Source: the human T2T-CHM13v2.0 reference genome, Homo sapiens
Strand: one strand, 5' to 3'
NCBI RefSeq assembly: GCF_009914755.1
Contig: NC_060936.1
Length of the DNA stretch: 64,000 nt
Positions within the stretch are counted from its first letter, which is position 1. Each line of letters begins with the position of its first letter. The notes beneath the pieces are model-generated. The model saw only the letters and a list, made by a program, of their open reading frames with translations, ran no database searches and was not told where the DNA came from. This document shows positions 62,630 to 64,000 of this stretch, in pieces. A program made the translations under genes and the position numbers.

Positions 62630-62850
62630 GTTCATCTATTTTAAAAAATCACCAATATTTATTGGGGCCTAATGAATGCCTAATGAGATACATCCCCCTA
62701 TGGGCTATGTCGTCAATAAAACAAACAAAAACCCAGCTCCAATGAAGCATATATTCTACAGAGGGCAGGGAGACAATAAACAATCACTGAAATAAATCAG
62801 CAAATTACATAGTATGTCAGAAAGTGATAATGATAGGGAAAAGTAGATTA
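62630..62850 (-). mobile_element. L2 3' fragment
   Basis: caatatttattggggcct...atattctacagagggcagggagacaataaacaa. Confidence 0.7.
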
Positions 62851-63987
<1,137 letters not shown>

Positions 63988-64000
63988 TAAAAGCACATGT

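Overview
This is repeat-rich primate (almost certainly human) intergenic or intronic DNA. It has about a dozen Alu elements (J and S subfamilies), many L1, L2 and MIR fragments, MaLR/ERVL LTRs (MLT1, MLT2, MST, THE1, LTR16, LTR33, MER21) and DNA transposons (near-full-length Tigger1, Zaphod, MER5, MER20, MER81, MER102, MER107). I find no protein-coding gene, RNA gene or CRISPR-like system. The supplied ORFs come from repeats, low-complexity sequence or chance; the only recognisable peptides are decayed transposon proteins (Tigger1, Zaphod, L1 ORF2). The most notable observations are: (1) a ~1.5 kb 20-bp minisatellite with higher-order structure grown from an MST LTR; (2) a recent 3 x 67-bp triplication inside an old MER102 that multiplies an HRE core and a GC box; (3) three short twin-primed (5'-inverted) L1M insertions with visible TSDs; (4) candidate non-coding + strand exons, one with its acceptor inside a hairpin; (5) repeat-free islands with strong single motifs (HSE, RFX X-box, CTCF, C/EBP-FOX). 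Repeat subfamily names come from my recall of consensus sequences and were not computed; boundaries without a TSD are approximate. I could not identify the locus and see no convincing new biological system.
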